From Mobula hypostoma (Eukaryota): a stretch of 64,000 nt of DNA. The stretch lies in the NCBI RefSeq assembly GCF_963921235.1, contig NC_086108.1, positions 99,450,001-99,514,000 of the forward strand. The letters are read 5' to 3'. Numbering within the stretch: position 1 is the stretch's first letter; every line of letters begins with the position of its first letter. A program made the position numbers and the translations under genes. This document shows, in pieces, positions 47,649 to 60,450 of the stretch. The notes beneath the pieces were generated by a model, which saw only the letters and a list, made by a program, of their open reading frames with translations, made no database searches and was not told the origin of the DNA.

Positions 47649-50600
47649 ATAAGACCATAAGATATGGGAGCAGAAGTAGGCCATTCAGCCCATCGAGTCT
47701 GCTCTGCCATTCAATCATGGGCTGATCCCATTTTTCCGGTCAACCCCAATCACCTGCCTTCTCCCCATACCTTTTGATGTCCTAGCTAATCAAGAACCTA
47801 TCTATCTCTGCCTTAAATGCACCCAGTGACTTGGTCTCCACAGCCACTCGTGGCAACAAATTCCACAGATTTACCACCCTCTGACTAAAGTAATTTCTTC
47901 GCATTAAATGGACATTCTTCAAATCTGAAGTTGTGCCCTCTTGTCCTAGACTCCCCTACCATGGGAAATAACTTTGCCATATCTAATCTGTTCAGGCCTT
48001 TTAACATTCGGAATGTTTCTATGAGATCCCCCATCATTTCCTGAATTCCAGGGAATATAGCCCAAGAGCTGCCAAATGTTTCTCATACAGTAATCCTTTC
48101 ATTCCTGGAATCATTCTTGTGTATCTTCTGTAAACCCTCTCCAATGTCAGTATATCCCTTCTAAAATAAGGAGCTCAAAATTGCATGCAATACTCCAAGT
48201 GTGGTCTCACGAATGCCTTTTAGGGCCTCAACATCACATCCCTGCTCTTCTATTCTATACCTCTAGAAACGAATGCCAACATTGCATCCACTTTCTTCAC
48301 CACCGACTCAAGCTGGAGGTTAACCTTTAGGGTATCCTGCACAAGGACTCCCAAGTCCCTTTGCATCTCTGCATTTTGAATTCTCTTTCCATCTAAATAA
48401 TAGTCTGCTTGTTTATTTCTTCCACCAAAGTGCATGACCATACACTTTCCAACATTGTATTTCATTTACCCATTAGCCCATTTCCCCGAACGATCTCTCT
48501 GCAGATTCTCTGTTTCCTCAACACTACCCTCTCTTCCACCTATCTTTGTATCATCGGCAAATTTATCACAAATCCATTAATCCCATAGTCCAAATAATTG
48601 ACCTACATCATAAAAAGCAGCGGTCCCAACGCCAGCCCCTGTGGAACTCCACTGGTAACCAGCAGCTAGCCAGAATAGGATCTCTTTATTCCCATTCTCT
48701 GTTTTCTGCCGATCAGCCAATGCTCCACCCATGCTCGTAACTTCCCTGTATTTCCACGGCTCTTATCTTGCTAAGCAGCCTCATGTGTGGTACCTTGTCA
48801 AAGGCCTTCTGAAAATCCAAGTACACCACATTTATTGCATCTCCTTTGTCTACCTTGGTTGCAATTTCCTGAAAAAAATGCGGTAGGTTCATCAGGCAAG
48901 ATTTTCCTTTCAGGAGACCATGCTGTCTTTGGCCTATCTTGTCATATGCCTCCAGGTATTCCTTAATCTCATCCCTAACAATCAATTCCAACAACTTCCC
49001 AACCACTGATGTCAGGCTAACAGGTCTATAGTTTCCTTTCTGCTGCCTGCCACCCTTCTTAAATAGTGGAGTAACATTTGCAAATTTCCAGTCATCTGAC
49101 ACAATGCCAGAAACTATCAATTCTTGAAAGCTCATTATTAACACTTCCACAATCTCTCCAGCTACTTCCTTCAGAACCCAAGGGTGCATTCCATCAGGTC
49201 CAGCAGATTTATCCACTCTCAGACCATTAAACTTCCTGGCACCTTCTCAGTCGTAATCTTCACTGCACATACTTTACTTCCCTGACACTCTTGAATGTTC
49301 GGTATACTGCAGATGTCTTCCACTGGAAAGACTGATGTAAAATACACATTCAGTTCCTCTGCCATCTCTGTGTCTCTCAGTACAATATCTCCAGCATTAT
49401 TTTCTATTGGTCCTATATCTACCCTCTACTCTCTTTTACCCTTCATATACTTAAAAAAGCTTTTAATATCTTCTTTGATATTAGTCGCCAGCTTCCTTTC
49501 ATAATTCATATTTTCCTTCTAATGACCTTCTTAATTTCCTTCTGCAAGTTTTTAAAAGCTTCCCAATCCTCTATCTTCCCACTAGCTTTGGCTTCCTTAT
49601 ATGCCCTCTCTTTTGCTTTTACTTTGGCTCTGACTTCACTTGTCAGCCACGGTAGTGTTCCTCTTCTATTCTAAAATTTCTCCTTATTTGGAATATATCT
49701 GTCTTACACTTCCCTAATTTTTCACAGAAACTCCAGCCATTGCTGCTCTGCTGTCCTTCCTGCTACTGTCCCTTTCCAGTCAACCTTGGCCAGTTCCCGT
49801 CCCATGCATTGTAATTTCCTTTATTCTACTGAAATACCGACACACTGGATTTTATTTTTTCCCTCTCAAATTTCAAAGTGAACTCGATCATATTGTGATC
49901 ACTGACCCCCAAGGGTTCCTTAACCTTAAGTTCTCTTATCACAACACCCAATCCAGCACAGCCGATCCCCTAGTGGGCTCAACAACCAGCTGTTCTAAAA
50001 TGCCATCCCTTAGACATTCTACAAATTCTCTCTCTTGAGGTCCAGTACTGGCCTAGTTTTCCCAATCCACTTTCATGTTAAAATCCACAATGGTTATTGT
50101 GACATTGCCGTTCTGACACGCCTTTTCTATCTCCTGCTGTAATTTGTAATCCACATCGTGGCTGCTGTTTGGAGGCCTGTATATAACTGCCATTACCCTT
50201 GTTATTTCTTAACTCAACCCATAGAGACTCTACACCTTCCAATCCTATGTCATCCCTTTCTAATGATTTAATATTGTTTCTTATACACAGGGCCACACCA
50301 CCCCCTCTGCCTACTAACCTATCTTTCTGATACACCGTATATCCTGGGACATTCAACTCCCAATGGTAGCCTTTAGCCAAGTTTCAGAGAAAGCCATAAT
50401 GTCATACTTGCTGAAACGTAGCTGAATTTCAAGATCGTCCATTTTATTTCTTATGCTGCATACATTCAAATATAACACTTTCAGTCCAGTATTTGTCGCT
50501 TTCTGTTTTAACTGCACCATGCCTCTATTGATCCTGTAACTCATCCCAATGACTGTGATTAAGCCTCATCTCCTGCCTGTCCTTTCTATCATCTCTGTTG

Positions 50601-50786
50601 CATGCTATCTTTGATTTATTTCTGTTTTCCCCTTCCTCTGCCCTATCACTCTGGTTCCCATCCCCTGCCAAATTAGTTTAAACCCTCCTTAACAGCTCTA
50701 TTAAACCTGCCTGCTAGGATATTGGACCCCTTTGGGTTCGGATGTAACTCTTCCTTTTTGTATTGGTCATACCTCCCCCAGAAGAA
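47649..50786 (-). mobile_element. CR1 LINE, 5'-truncated within ORF1, with decayed full ORF2
   Basis: TSD AATGCC at 47643-47648 and 50787-50792. ORF1 end FWGRYDQYKKEELHPNPKGSNILAGRFNRAVKEGLN* (SGNH esterase-like C-terminus). APE and RT fragments are collinear with the 3717 ORF. Confidence 0.93.
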
Positions 50787-52154
50787 AATGCCTGCAAGAA
50801 AATAAATCTCAGAGTAGTATCTGGTGACATACTGCATATACGCTGTGATAATAAATTCAGCTTGATTTTGGAAGACACACACCCAATGTTTTAGGAACAA
50901 CTTCTTCACCTCTGCCATGAGATTTCTGAATGGTCCATGAAACCATGAACACTACCTCAAAATTTTGCTCTCATTTTGCACTAGTATTTATTGCTTTGTA
51001 ACGTGGTATTTTTTATTACATATTGCATTGTACTGCTGCCACAAAGCAACAAATTTCACGACATGTGTCTGTGAAAATAAACCTGATTCTGATTCTGATT
51101 CAGACAAAAGCTTGAGCTTCATTTATTTCTGCTGAAATCACATCAAGAAATAATCGAGTGCACTGGAAGCATTACTTGGTCCTGAAAACATTTCAGCTAT
51201 TGTGCTAAAGACTTATTGTCCAGAACCAGGTAGCCTCCACTATGTTTACAGCACTGACATCTCCAAAACAATAAGGAAAATTGCTCAGTTATGTTTCAAT
51301 GGGGTCTAGAAATCATAAAATCGTTCCCATTTAGTGATACAGTGGTGCCATGTATATCCTTTACTCCTACATAAAGGACACTGCGGCAATGCAACGCAAA
51401 TAAATTTCAGAGTTATCAAATCAATGGTTTAAAATTCACTGGAATTCTAATTAGAAAGTCCATGTTTGCTCAAAACTCAATGGAAGAAATACTTGGCGTC
51501 CAATTGGAAATGAGGGGCTGTATATGCATAACCCGAACTCATGAACAGGTTGTTAAAATCACATCTGCTTAAATAATGTTACACAAACAACAGCAGAGGT
51601 TTTTGAAGATCGGAATAAGTTCATCACTTACATATGACAGAAAATTTGTTGTTCTGTTGCAGTAGTACAATGTAAAGGCAGATCTATAAATTACAAAAGT
51701 AATTAAATAGTACAAAAAGAACAACGAGGTGCACGGGGAAGACTCAGATTCCAATTCATTTATTTATCAAATGTACATTGAGACATACAGTGAAATGCGT
51801 GGTTTGCATTAACAACCAACACGGCCTAAGGATGTGCTGGGGCAGCCCACAAGCGTTGTCACACATTCTGGTGCCAATATAGCCTGCTCACCATGCTGAA
51901 GATGGAAAAAAAGTCCATAGGATGAGTGAGTTTTCTCTCATAGTCCTACTCTGATTTTTTTACAAGAACACTGCTGTGTAGATTATCAGTAGTCAACACT
52001 CACACAGCAGCATGACTCCAAACTCTTAAAAAGTTCAATAAAAATGAGAAAGTGCCCCACTCTTTCTCATTACTACAATCATTACTCAATACCGCCATCA
52101 GGAAACATGTACACGAGCTTGAAGACACACACTCAACACCTCAGGAACAATTTA

Positions 52155-52588
52155 GTCATAGAGTCATAGAAAAGTACAAAACAGAAACAGGCCCTTCGGC
52201 TCATCTAGTCTGTGCTGAACCATTTAAACTGCCTAGTCCCATCAACATGCACCTGGACCATAGCCATCCATACCCCAACCATCCATGTAAATATCCAATC
52301 GTCTCTTAATACATTGAAATCGAGCTCGCAAGCATCACTTGCGCTGGCAGCTCATTCCATGCTCTCACAGCCCTCTGAGTGAAGAAGTTTCCCCCTCATC
52401 TTACCCTTAAATTTTTCACCTTTTACCCTTATCCCATGACCTCAAGTTGTAGTCCCACCCAGCCTCAGTGGAAAAAGTATGCTTGTATTATCTATATCCC
52501 TCATAATTTTGTATATCTCTATCAAATTTTCTTTCAATTTTCTACATTCTAAATAATAAAGTCCTAACCTATTTAATCTTTCCTTACA
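52155..52588 (-). mobile_element. CR1 3' end with (CTATGACT)n tail
   Basis: AGTCATAGAGTCATAGA tail and GGCCCTTCGGC stem. Homologous to 10030-10425. Confidence 0.75.
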
Positions 52589-52609
52589 GCACATGCCCAG
52601 GGGGCAAAT

Positions 52610-52853
52610 TACCAGAAGTTTAAGAGATCAATGTTCATGCCATCAGGTTAGAGGTTACCCAGATGGAACATAAGGTGTTGCTCCTTAACTTCATTGAGCA
52701 CATCCGCTCCATCCACCTCAAAAATCTCCAGGTGGTCACCCATTTCAATTCTACTTCCCATTCCCATTACCATTCTGACATGTCAGTCCATGGCCTCCTC
52801 CATTGCCACAATGAGGTGACAATCAGGTTGGAGAAGCAATACCTTATATTCCA
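52610..52853. mobile_element. Penelope GIY-YIG fragments in inverted arrangement
   Basis: A minus piece encoding EQHLMFHLGNL.PDGMNID is followed by a plus piece encoding FIEHIRS..VVTHFNSTSHSH..LEKQYLIF. Confidence 0.7.
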
Positions 52854-52949
52854 CAATCATCTGCAAGGGGCCCTTTAAGTTTAACATTCTCATCTCTAGT
52901 TGATTTTGGAAATAATTTACCCTGATGCTTGGTCAGAATGTAGCAAGCT

Positions 52950-53660
52950 GGGTGGTGGGGAGGAGATACATCTCTACCAAAGGAGGTGTAAGGCACTCTT
53001 TCCCTCCGCTAGCCTGTGGGTCACCCCTGGGCAAGTGTACCACCAGCTTAGCAACACCCCCTCCACCAATCAGAGTCATGAGACACCATGGGAGCAGGTG
53101 GTGGATGGTCATATGAGCAGCTGGTACATATCACAAGTCCTGGTTTTGTGGCCACTGAAGCCAGGCAGACAATCTCTGGAGAGAATTGATAATGGCTGGA
53201 GTCATCCATCTAAAGATGCCACCCAGAAGAAGGTAATGACAAGCTACTTTTGCAGAAAAAATTGTCAAGAGCAATCATGGCCATAAAGACAACACATACA
53301 GAAAATGCTGGAGGAACTCAAAAGGTCAGGCAGCATCAATGGAATTGAATAAACATTTTTCCAATTAATAAACAAAATCAACTTTATTTCCATACATGCT
53401 TTCCTGACGAAGGGTCTCGGCCTGAAACGTCGACTGCGCCTCTTCCTATAGATGCTGCCTGGCCTGCTGCGTTCACCAGCAACTTTTATGTGTGTTGCTT
53501 GAATTTCCAGCATCTGCAGAATTCCTGTTGTATGCTTTCTGACCTGTTGATTTCCTTCAGCATTTTGTGTGTGTTGCCTTGGTTTCCTAGAATCTGCAGA
53601 TTTGCTCATGTTGGTGGTCATGATCACCTACATCATACAACATGGCACTTAACAATGATA
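52950..53660 (+). mobile_element. SINE-like repeat with RTE/BovB-type 3' part, interrupted by Penelope tips (53287-53612)
   Basis: GAAGGTAATGACAAGCTACTT...CAAGAGCAATCATGG resumes as CATGATCACCTACATCATACAACATGGCAC after the insert. Confidence 0.5.
53404..53531 (+). mobile_element. Young Penelope 3' tip starting at the hammerhead core, nested in an older Penelope tip
   Basis: TSD ATGCTTTC at 53396-53403 and 53532-53539. Confidence 0.85.
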
Positions 53661-53965
53661 AAAAAAATACCCATAACAAATTCTTTGATATATAGTTCGA
53701 CTTTTACCGTCTTTGTCCTGATTACATAATTGCAAGACCACGAAATCCATGAGATGTCTGACATAGAAATGCTTGATATCAACAAAAATACCTTGAGGTT
53801 GTAAAGGTTTGAGGTCATCAGCATTTAAGGGTTGGTGAATGGGTCAAACTCTGATACCTACCAAAGGCAGAAGCAGACTTACTTTTCCTTGTAGATTTCT
53901 GGTGACAGTCAGAAGTACATGGAGCCTCAGGGCTTCGCAAGTGTAATGACTCATTGGGAAATGAG

Positions 53966-54362
53966 TCATGAGACCACTCTCAGGTTGGAGGAGCAACAAC
54001 TCATATTCAGTCTGAGTAGCCTCCAACCAATTGGCATGAGCATCAATTCCTTTGATTTCAACTTATTTTACCCCCGTCCCCTTCTCTCTTCTCCATTCAC
54101 TTTTCTAGCTTCTCTCTTAATTCTTCTTTTCTCTTCACTTGATATCACTTCCCCCAGTGCCATTCCTCCTTTCCTTTCTCCTATGGTCCACTCTCATCTT
54201 CTAGCAGATACCTTCTTCTTCAGTTCTTTACCTCTCCATCTATTTCAGGGGTTTTCAACCTGAGGCCCATGGACCCCTCAGTTTATGATAGGGGCCCATG
54301 GCAAAAAAAAGGTCTATCCCCTCCCAGCTTCTCACTTCTTCCCCTCCCCCACCTCTCACCTG
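53966..54362 (+). mobile_element. Decayed Penelope 3' fragment carrying a short hAT-type MITE remnant (54246-54313)
   Basis: ETTLRLEEQQLIFSLSSLQPIGMSIN. The insert begins CAGGGGTTTTCAACCT and has an internal hairpin CCATGGACCCCT/AGGGGCCCATGG. Confidence 0.65.
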
Positions 54363-54885
54363 AGCAGGAGATGTCTCCCTGCTGTAATACTCTAAAACCT
54401 ACACATCCTGAGTAGAAACATACAAGATCCTGAATGTGTTGACAAGATGGATATGGAGAGAATGTTTCTTCTGGTACGTGAATCGAGAACAGGGATCACT
54501 TTTTAATAATAAGGAATCACTGCCTAAAGACAGTTGTGTCCATTTCTTTCTCCCTCTGTCTCAGAGATTTTGGAATTCTCTTCCTCAGGGTGTTGGAATC
54601 AGAGTCTTTGAACTTTAAGGTCGAGTTAAAGAGGAGGTGAGAGGTTATTGCTGATAGGTGGAGTAGAAGTTACAACTCGATTTTATTGGATGGAGGAGCA
54701 CATTTGAGGACCTGAATAGCCCAGTTCTGCATCTATTTTGTACGTTTGTCTGTAAATTTGTTTACTATTATATGCACTGAGGTACAGTGAGAAACCTGTC
54801 TTGCATACCATCCATGAAAAATCAATTCATTACAACAATGCTTTAAAGTAGTACAAGGTAAAACAATAACAAAATTCAGAATAAA

Positions 54886-55702
54886 CATAGAAACATAGAA
54901 ACATAGAAAATAGGTGCAGGAGTAGGCCATTCGGCCCTTCGAGCCTGCACCGCCATTTATTATGATCATGGCTGATCATCCAACTCAGAACCCCCACTCT
55001 TTGCTTCCTGTCTGCTAACCAATTCTCCACCCACACCAATACCTTACCCCGAATACCGTGTGCTTTAAGTTTGCACACTAATCTCCTGTGTGGGACCTTG
55101 TCAAAAGCCTTTTGAAAATCCAAATATACCACATCCACTGGTTCTCCCCTATCCACTCTACTAGTTACATCCTCAAAAAATTCTATGAGATTCGTCAGAC
55201 ATGATTTTCCTTTCACAAATCCATGCTGACTTTGTCCGATCATTTCACCGCTTTCCAAATGTGCTGTTATCACATCCTTGATAACTGACTCCAGCAGTTT
55301 CCCCACCACCGACGTTAGGCTAACCGGTCTATAATTCCCCGGTTTCTCTCTCCCTCCTTTTTTAAAAAGTGGGGTTACATTAGCCACCCTCCAATCCTCA
55401 GGAACTAGTCCAGAATCTAACGAGTTTTGAAAAATTATCACTAATGCATCCACTATTTCTTGGGCTACTTCCTTAAGCACTCTGGGATGCAGACCATCTG
55501 GCCCTGGGGATTTATCTGCCTTCAATCCCTTCAATTTACCTAACACCACTTCCCTACTAACATGTATTTCGCTCAGTTCCTCCATCTCACTGGACCCTCT
55601 GTCCCCTACTATTTCTGGAAGATTATTTATGTCCTCCTTAGTGAAGACAGAACCAAAGTAATTATTCAATTGGTCTGCCATGTCCTTGCTCCCCATAATC
55701 AA
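54886..55702 (-). mobile_element. Young CR1, 5'-truncated and internally deleted
   Basis: Nearly identical to 26141-26850, then jumps to the 3' UTR equivalent of 27812-27911. (CATAGAAA)x3 tail. Confidence 0.95.
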
Positions 55703-57086
55703 GCCTTCCATAAGTGTTCCATTTACAGAGAAAATTCAGCACAAGCAGACAATAAGGTAGAAAGCCGTAACAAGACAAATTGTGAGGTCAAGAGTCCTTC
55801 TCATCGTACTGGGAAACCTTTCAATAGTCTTATTCTCCTCAACCATCTGGTCGTTGAACCAAAGGGGAGAACTTCACTCAACTTCACTTGCCCCAGCTCT
55901 GAAATGTTCAATCTATCGACTCATTTTCAAGGACTCTTCATTTCATGTTCTTGATATTAATTGCTTATTTATTTCTTTTTGTATTTGCACAGTTTGCTGT
56001 CTTTTGCACAATGGTTGAAGGTCCAAGTAGGTGCGATCTTTCATTGATTCTAATATGGTTATTATTCTATCATAGATATATTGAGCATGCCTGCAATAAA
56101 ATGAATCTCAGGGTTGTATACGGTAACATAAATGTACTTTGACAATAAATGCACTTTGAATTTAACAGTGGGATAGAAGTGTCCTTCAGCATGGTTGCAA
56201 GTGTTTTCAGAACTTGCACAGTGGATTATGGATGCTGCTTTTTGGTAGCGAGAATTTAAGACATCGTTCGTGCAGGGGAGCCTGTTAATCATGATATGCT
56301 GAGCAGTATTCATGTCAGATGAACTCTAGCAACTGGTAATGCTAATATTTTCACTGCAAGAGGACTGGAGCCTGAATTAGATTCAGTGAGATGTTAAATC
56401 GTGGTCATGTCATCACAGTTTACCAGAATGTTCCAACCTTCCCTTCGATCAGGTGACAGAAATCAAGAGACTGCTACAGCAAGTCACAGCTCTATAATAG
56501 TTTGTGCACTATGAGGGTTCCTGATGGTGACTGTAGCTTTGTAATTAAAATACTTGGCTCTCATCCATGCCTGGCAGAGGGATTCAGGACCCACTGAGAC
56601 AGCTGCACCTCCCTCTAATCCCGACTCCAATATTCCATTCCACCAACCACTATAATACCTGGAATGCGTCCAGCTTTGACCTCATCAAAGCTGTCGCAGA
56701 ACAGCACTTCCCTGTTACACAGGGTTCTGTCTGTGGATCTGAGCCAACAGGAGTAGGATGAAAACTTTTCTTTCAAACACAAGAGAGAAGTGTTATTTAT
56801 AGGTAGTGGTAGCATTCTCAGTGTGATTGGGTATTATTTGGTTAGTCCCTCTGAATCAGAATCAGAATCGGGTTATTGTCACTGATACACAGTATGACAT
56901 GAAATTTGTTGTGTGTGGCAGCAGTAGAGGGAAAATCATAAAATATGCTATAAATTAATAAGTTACAAATTATTTTCGTTTGGAGCACTGTCTGTGTGTG
57001 TAGGTGGATGGAAGAAAGGGGCTTATTTTGCTGTTGTTGTTCTGTTGATTTTTCAATTCTGTCTCATTATACTCTGTGTTGTTCTC

Positions 57087-57600
57087 AAGTTAAGTCAAGT
57101 CAAGTCAAGTCACTTCTTATTGTCATTTCGACCACAAACTGCTGGTAGAGTACACAGTAAAAGTGAAACAATATGCCTCCAGGACCATGGTGCTACATGA
57201 AACAACACAAAACTACACTGGACTAAGTGAGACAACTCAAGGCTAGACTAGACTACATAAAACAACACAAAAACTACACTGGACTACAGACCTACACAGG
57301 ACTACATAAAGTGTACAAAACAGTGCAGGGCAGTACAATAAATAATAAACAAGACAATAGGCACAGTAGAGGACAAATTACAATATAATAATAAATGATG
57401 TAGATGTCAGTCTAGACTCTGGGTGTTAAGGAGTCTGATGGCTTGGGGGAAGAAACTGTCGCACAGTCTGGTCACGAGAGCCCGAATGCTTCGGTACCTT
57501 TTGCCAGATGACAGGAGGGAGAAGAGTTTGTATGAGGGGTGTGTGGGTCCTTCACAATGCTTTTGGCTTTACGGGTGCAGTGTGTGGTGTAAATGTCTGT
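57087..57600 (-). mobile_element. Rex1-like LINE 3' end with (GACTT)n tail
   Basis: (CAAGT)n at 57087-57111. Minus-strand coding LFSLLSSGKRYRSIRALVTRLCDSFFPQAIRLLN. Confidence 0.8.
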
Positions 57601-58167
57601 ATTGTGAGCATGCTATGTTCCTGCCACAATGTGTGGCAAACCTTAGGGGCTGCTGCCAGCACACATCCTCGGTTTGTGTTGGTTGTCGCATTGCCCTGTA
57701 TGTTTTGACGTATGTGTGATAAATAACCAGACTGATCTGAATAATGACAATCACCATTCACTCATGGCTTTGGGACTGGCTTTTACTGATGCTGAGGCTC
57801 ACAAGTAACTTTACTTTATGAAGCAATCACATTAAATGTGCAGCTACTACACATCAGTCTGCAGGCTCGCAGTTCACTTTCAACACTACTCATACCGAAC
57901 ACCGCAACCACAAAGACATCGCTGTAACCAACCAGGCTTCTCGTGCCCGTTTGTCTGGACTCGACCCTGCACTTCAGGGTTGACATGTGACATCTCAGTA
58001 ACACCAGTGCCCATAAATCATGCTAGATTCCCATTCCCCTTTTCCTGATGTTCCACTGCATCCTGGTAACATGTGTAGCACATCCCAGGATGAGCAAAAA
58101 CCCTTTACTACCACAGCTTCCGCAGGGAGAAACGTTCCTAAGACCAATGCCTGGACAGCCTTTACGT

Positions 58168-58297
58168 AAGACCATAAGACCATAAGACAAAGGAGCAGAA
58201 ATCGGCCGTTCGACCCATCGAGTCTGCTCCGCCATTTTATCATGAGCTGATCCATTCTCCCAATTTAGTCCCACTCCCCCACCTTCTCACCGTAACC
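58168..58297 (-). mobile_element. CR1 3' tip
   Basis: (ACCATAAG)n tail and 3' UTR matching 6575-6710. Confidence 0.85.
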
Positions 58298-58444
58298 TAC
58301 TTCCACAAGGTAGTCTGCAGAACCTGAGTTATGTTGTGCAGACTACTTTAGTGCCTACTATTGTATTGCAAGGTGAAAAGAAAAAGCTCAAAGCAACATG
58401 GGCAACCTTAGATTTTTCATCAGTGATAAAGTTAAGAACCTCCA

Positions 58445-58838
58445 ACAGGACCACAAACTTGTTGTTCGGAGGCTTGCATGCCTCAGTGACCTGGAGCGCT
58501 CTGTTGGCTGCAGTCAGGGCTTTATTCTTTGGCTCTTTGTAGGGTCACCCATGTCAAACAGGTCTAAGGGTAGAGGCCAGGCTAAGAGTGGTCCACCTCT
58601 CCTTTAGGTTCGGAGTGGGGGTTCAGCTCTAGGCTAACAACCCTGACTAGTCAAACAAAGCATTGAAGAGTCCTTCTACATTTAAGTACAACAGTCTTCC
58701 TGCGTCTCCACCCAGAACTTACGTGAGTGACAGCAGTGAAAACCTTGCTACTGACACGATGAAGGAAGCCTGAACCCTGCCAGAGATGGAGAACCTTCAT
58801 TGTTGCTCTAAACACCAGTGGCGTAACTGGCAGTAGGT
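58445..58838 (+). mobile_element. Short non-autonomous RTE-derived element
   Basis: GGGTCACCCATGTCAAACAGGTC...GGCTAACAACCCTGAC (RTE 5' UTR-like) joined to AGATGGAGAACCTTCATTGTTGCTCTAAACACC (RTE 3' end-like). Second copy at 11340-11765. Confidence 0.6.
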
Positions 58839-59147
58839 GTAAAGTTGAGAAGATTAAGGCGTTGAGGCCAAGGGTGAAGGACAAGCCAGTGTTCAGCTCA
58901 CTACTCTGTGAAGTTTCACTTGCCTCGGTGCTGAACTGACGCTGTAGCTGTGGCCTGCAGCATCTGGGCTCTTGTACCGGCTGTGCACTGAACTGGCTCA
59001 GTGGCTGTGGACGCAGTTTCAGGGACATCTGCATTTATGTGCTTACTTTTTTTTTATTGTTTTCACAATTTGGTCCTCTTTACCCACAATGGATGCTTGA
59101 TAGTCTTTGTTGTGTGCGTTTTTATCATGTATCTAATGTGTTTTGTG

Positions 59148-59711
59148 TGGAGTATTGTGTGCAGTTTTGGTCCCCTAATCTGAGGAAAGACATTCTTGCC
59201 ATAGAGGGAGTATAAAGAAGGTTCACCAGATTGATTCTTGGGATGGCAGGACTTTCATATGATGAAAGACTGGATGAACTAGGCTTATACTCGCTGGAAT
59301 TTAGAAGATTGAGGGGGGATCTTATTGAAACATATAAAATCCTAAAAGGGATTGGACAGGCTGGATGCAGGAAGATTGTTCCCGATGTTGGGGAAGTCCA
59401 GAACGAGGGGTCACAGTTTGAGGATAGAGGGGAAGCCTTTTAGGACCGAGATGAGGAAAAACTTCTTCACACAGAGAGTGGTGAATCTGTGGAATTCTCT
59501 GCCACAGGAAACAGTTGAGGCCAGTTCACTGGCCGTATTTAAGAGCGAGTTAGATATGGCCCTTGTGGCTAAAGGGATCAGGGGGTATGGAGGGAAGGCT
59601 GGTACAGGGTTCTGAGTTGGATGATCAGCCATGATCACACTGAATGGTGGTGCAGGCTCGAAGGGCTGAATGGCCTACTCCTGCACCTATTTTCTATGTT
59701 TCTATGTTTCT
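59148..59711 (+). mobile_element. Young CR1 3' end (same subfamily as 25745-27911)
   Basis: Near-identical to 27354-27911, with (TTTCTATG)n tail. Confidence 0.93.
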
Positions 59712-60450
59712 TTGTTTTGTAACTGCCTGCAGGAAGACGAATCTCAAGGTTGTACATACTTTGATAATAACTTTGAACTTTGAAATTTGAGCTTTGAAGT
59801 CATGCTTACACAGTACAAGGAGCAAGCCTTTTAGCCCAGAGGCCACGCTAAGTACCACTTTCACTAACCCCATTATTTTCTCCCTTCATTCCCATCAGAT
59901 CTGTCGGGATTCTGCCACTAAACTACGTACTGGAAGCAATTTGCACTTGGGTATTAACTTTCTCAGCCATATATCCTTGGGATGTAGGAGGAAACACACA
60001 CAGTCAGAGGAGATTGTGCATACTGCAAGCAGACAGTTTCAGAAGTCTGGATCAAACCTTGTCTACTAGTTGCAGCCCCATGCTGCATTAAAGTAAATTC
60101 AAAGAGATGGTTGGATCTAGGCAGAAAAGTGATGCATTATAAGTAAATGAAAAAATTATATTTGAGGGTAAAAGTTTGTTCTATTGTATGCAATAAATAC
60201 ACATTGTAGCAGTCCACATATTAAACTTCACATCTGAAGGGCAAGATTCAATGAAGTCATCACAATAGAATTACACAATGCAATGCAGATTGGATTTTTA
60301 ACACGTACAGAGGATAAATTTGGACATTTTTAAAGAACAAAAACATGATTGCCTGGAGTAACTTACCACATCTAGGGACATGAGTCAAAAGTTGTTTCCT
60401 ACCTGAGATAGGATGTTGTTGGCAAAGTAAAGTACAAGGCCTAAGTACTT

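Noticed and set aside
56670..56692. Perfect 9-bp hairpin CAGCTTTGA-CCTCA-TCAAAGCTG
   Set aside because: A short isolated stem like this can occur by chance in 64 kb, and there is no supporting context.
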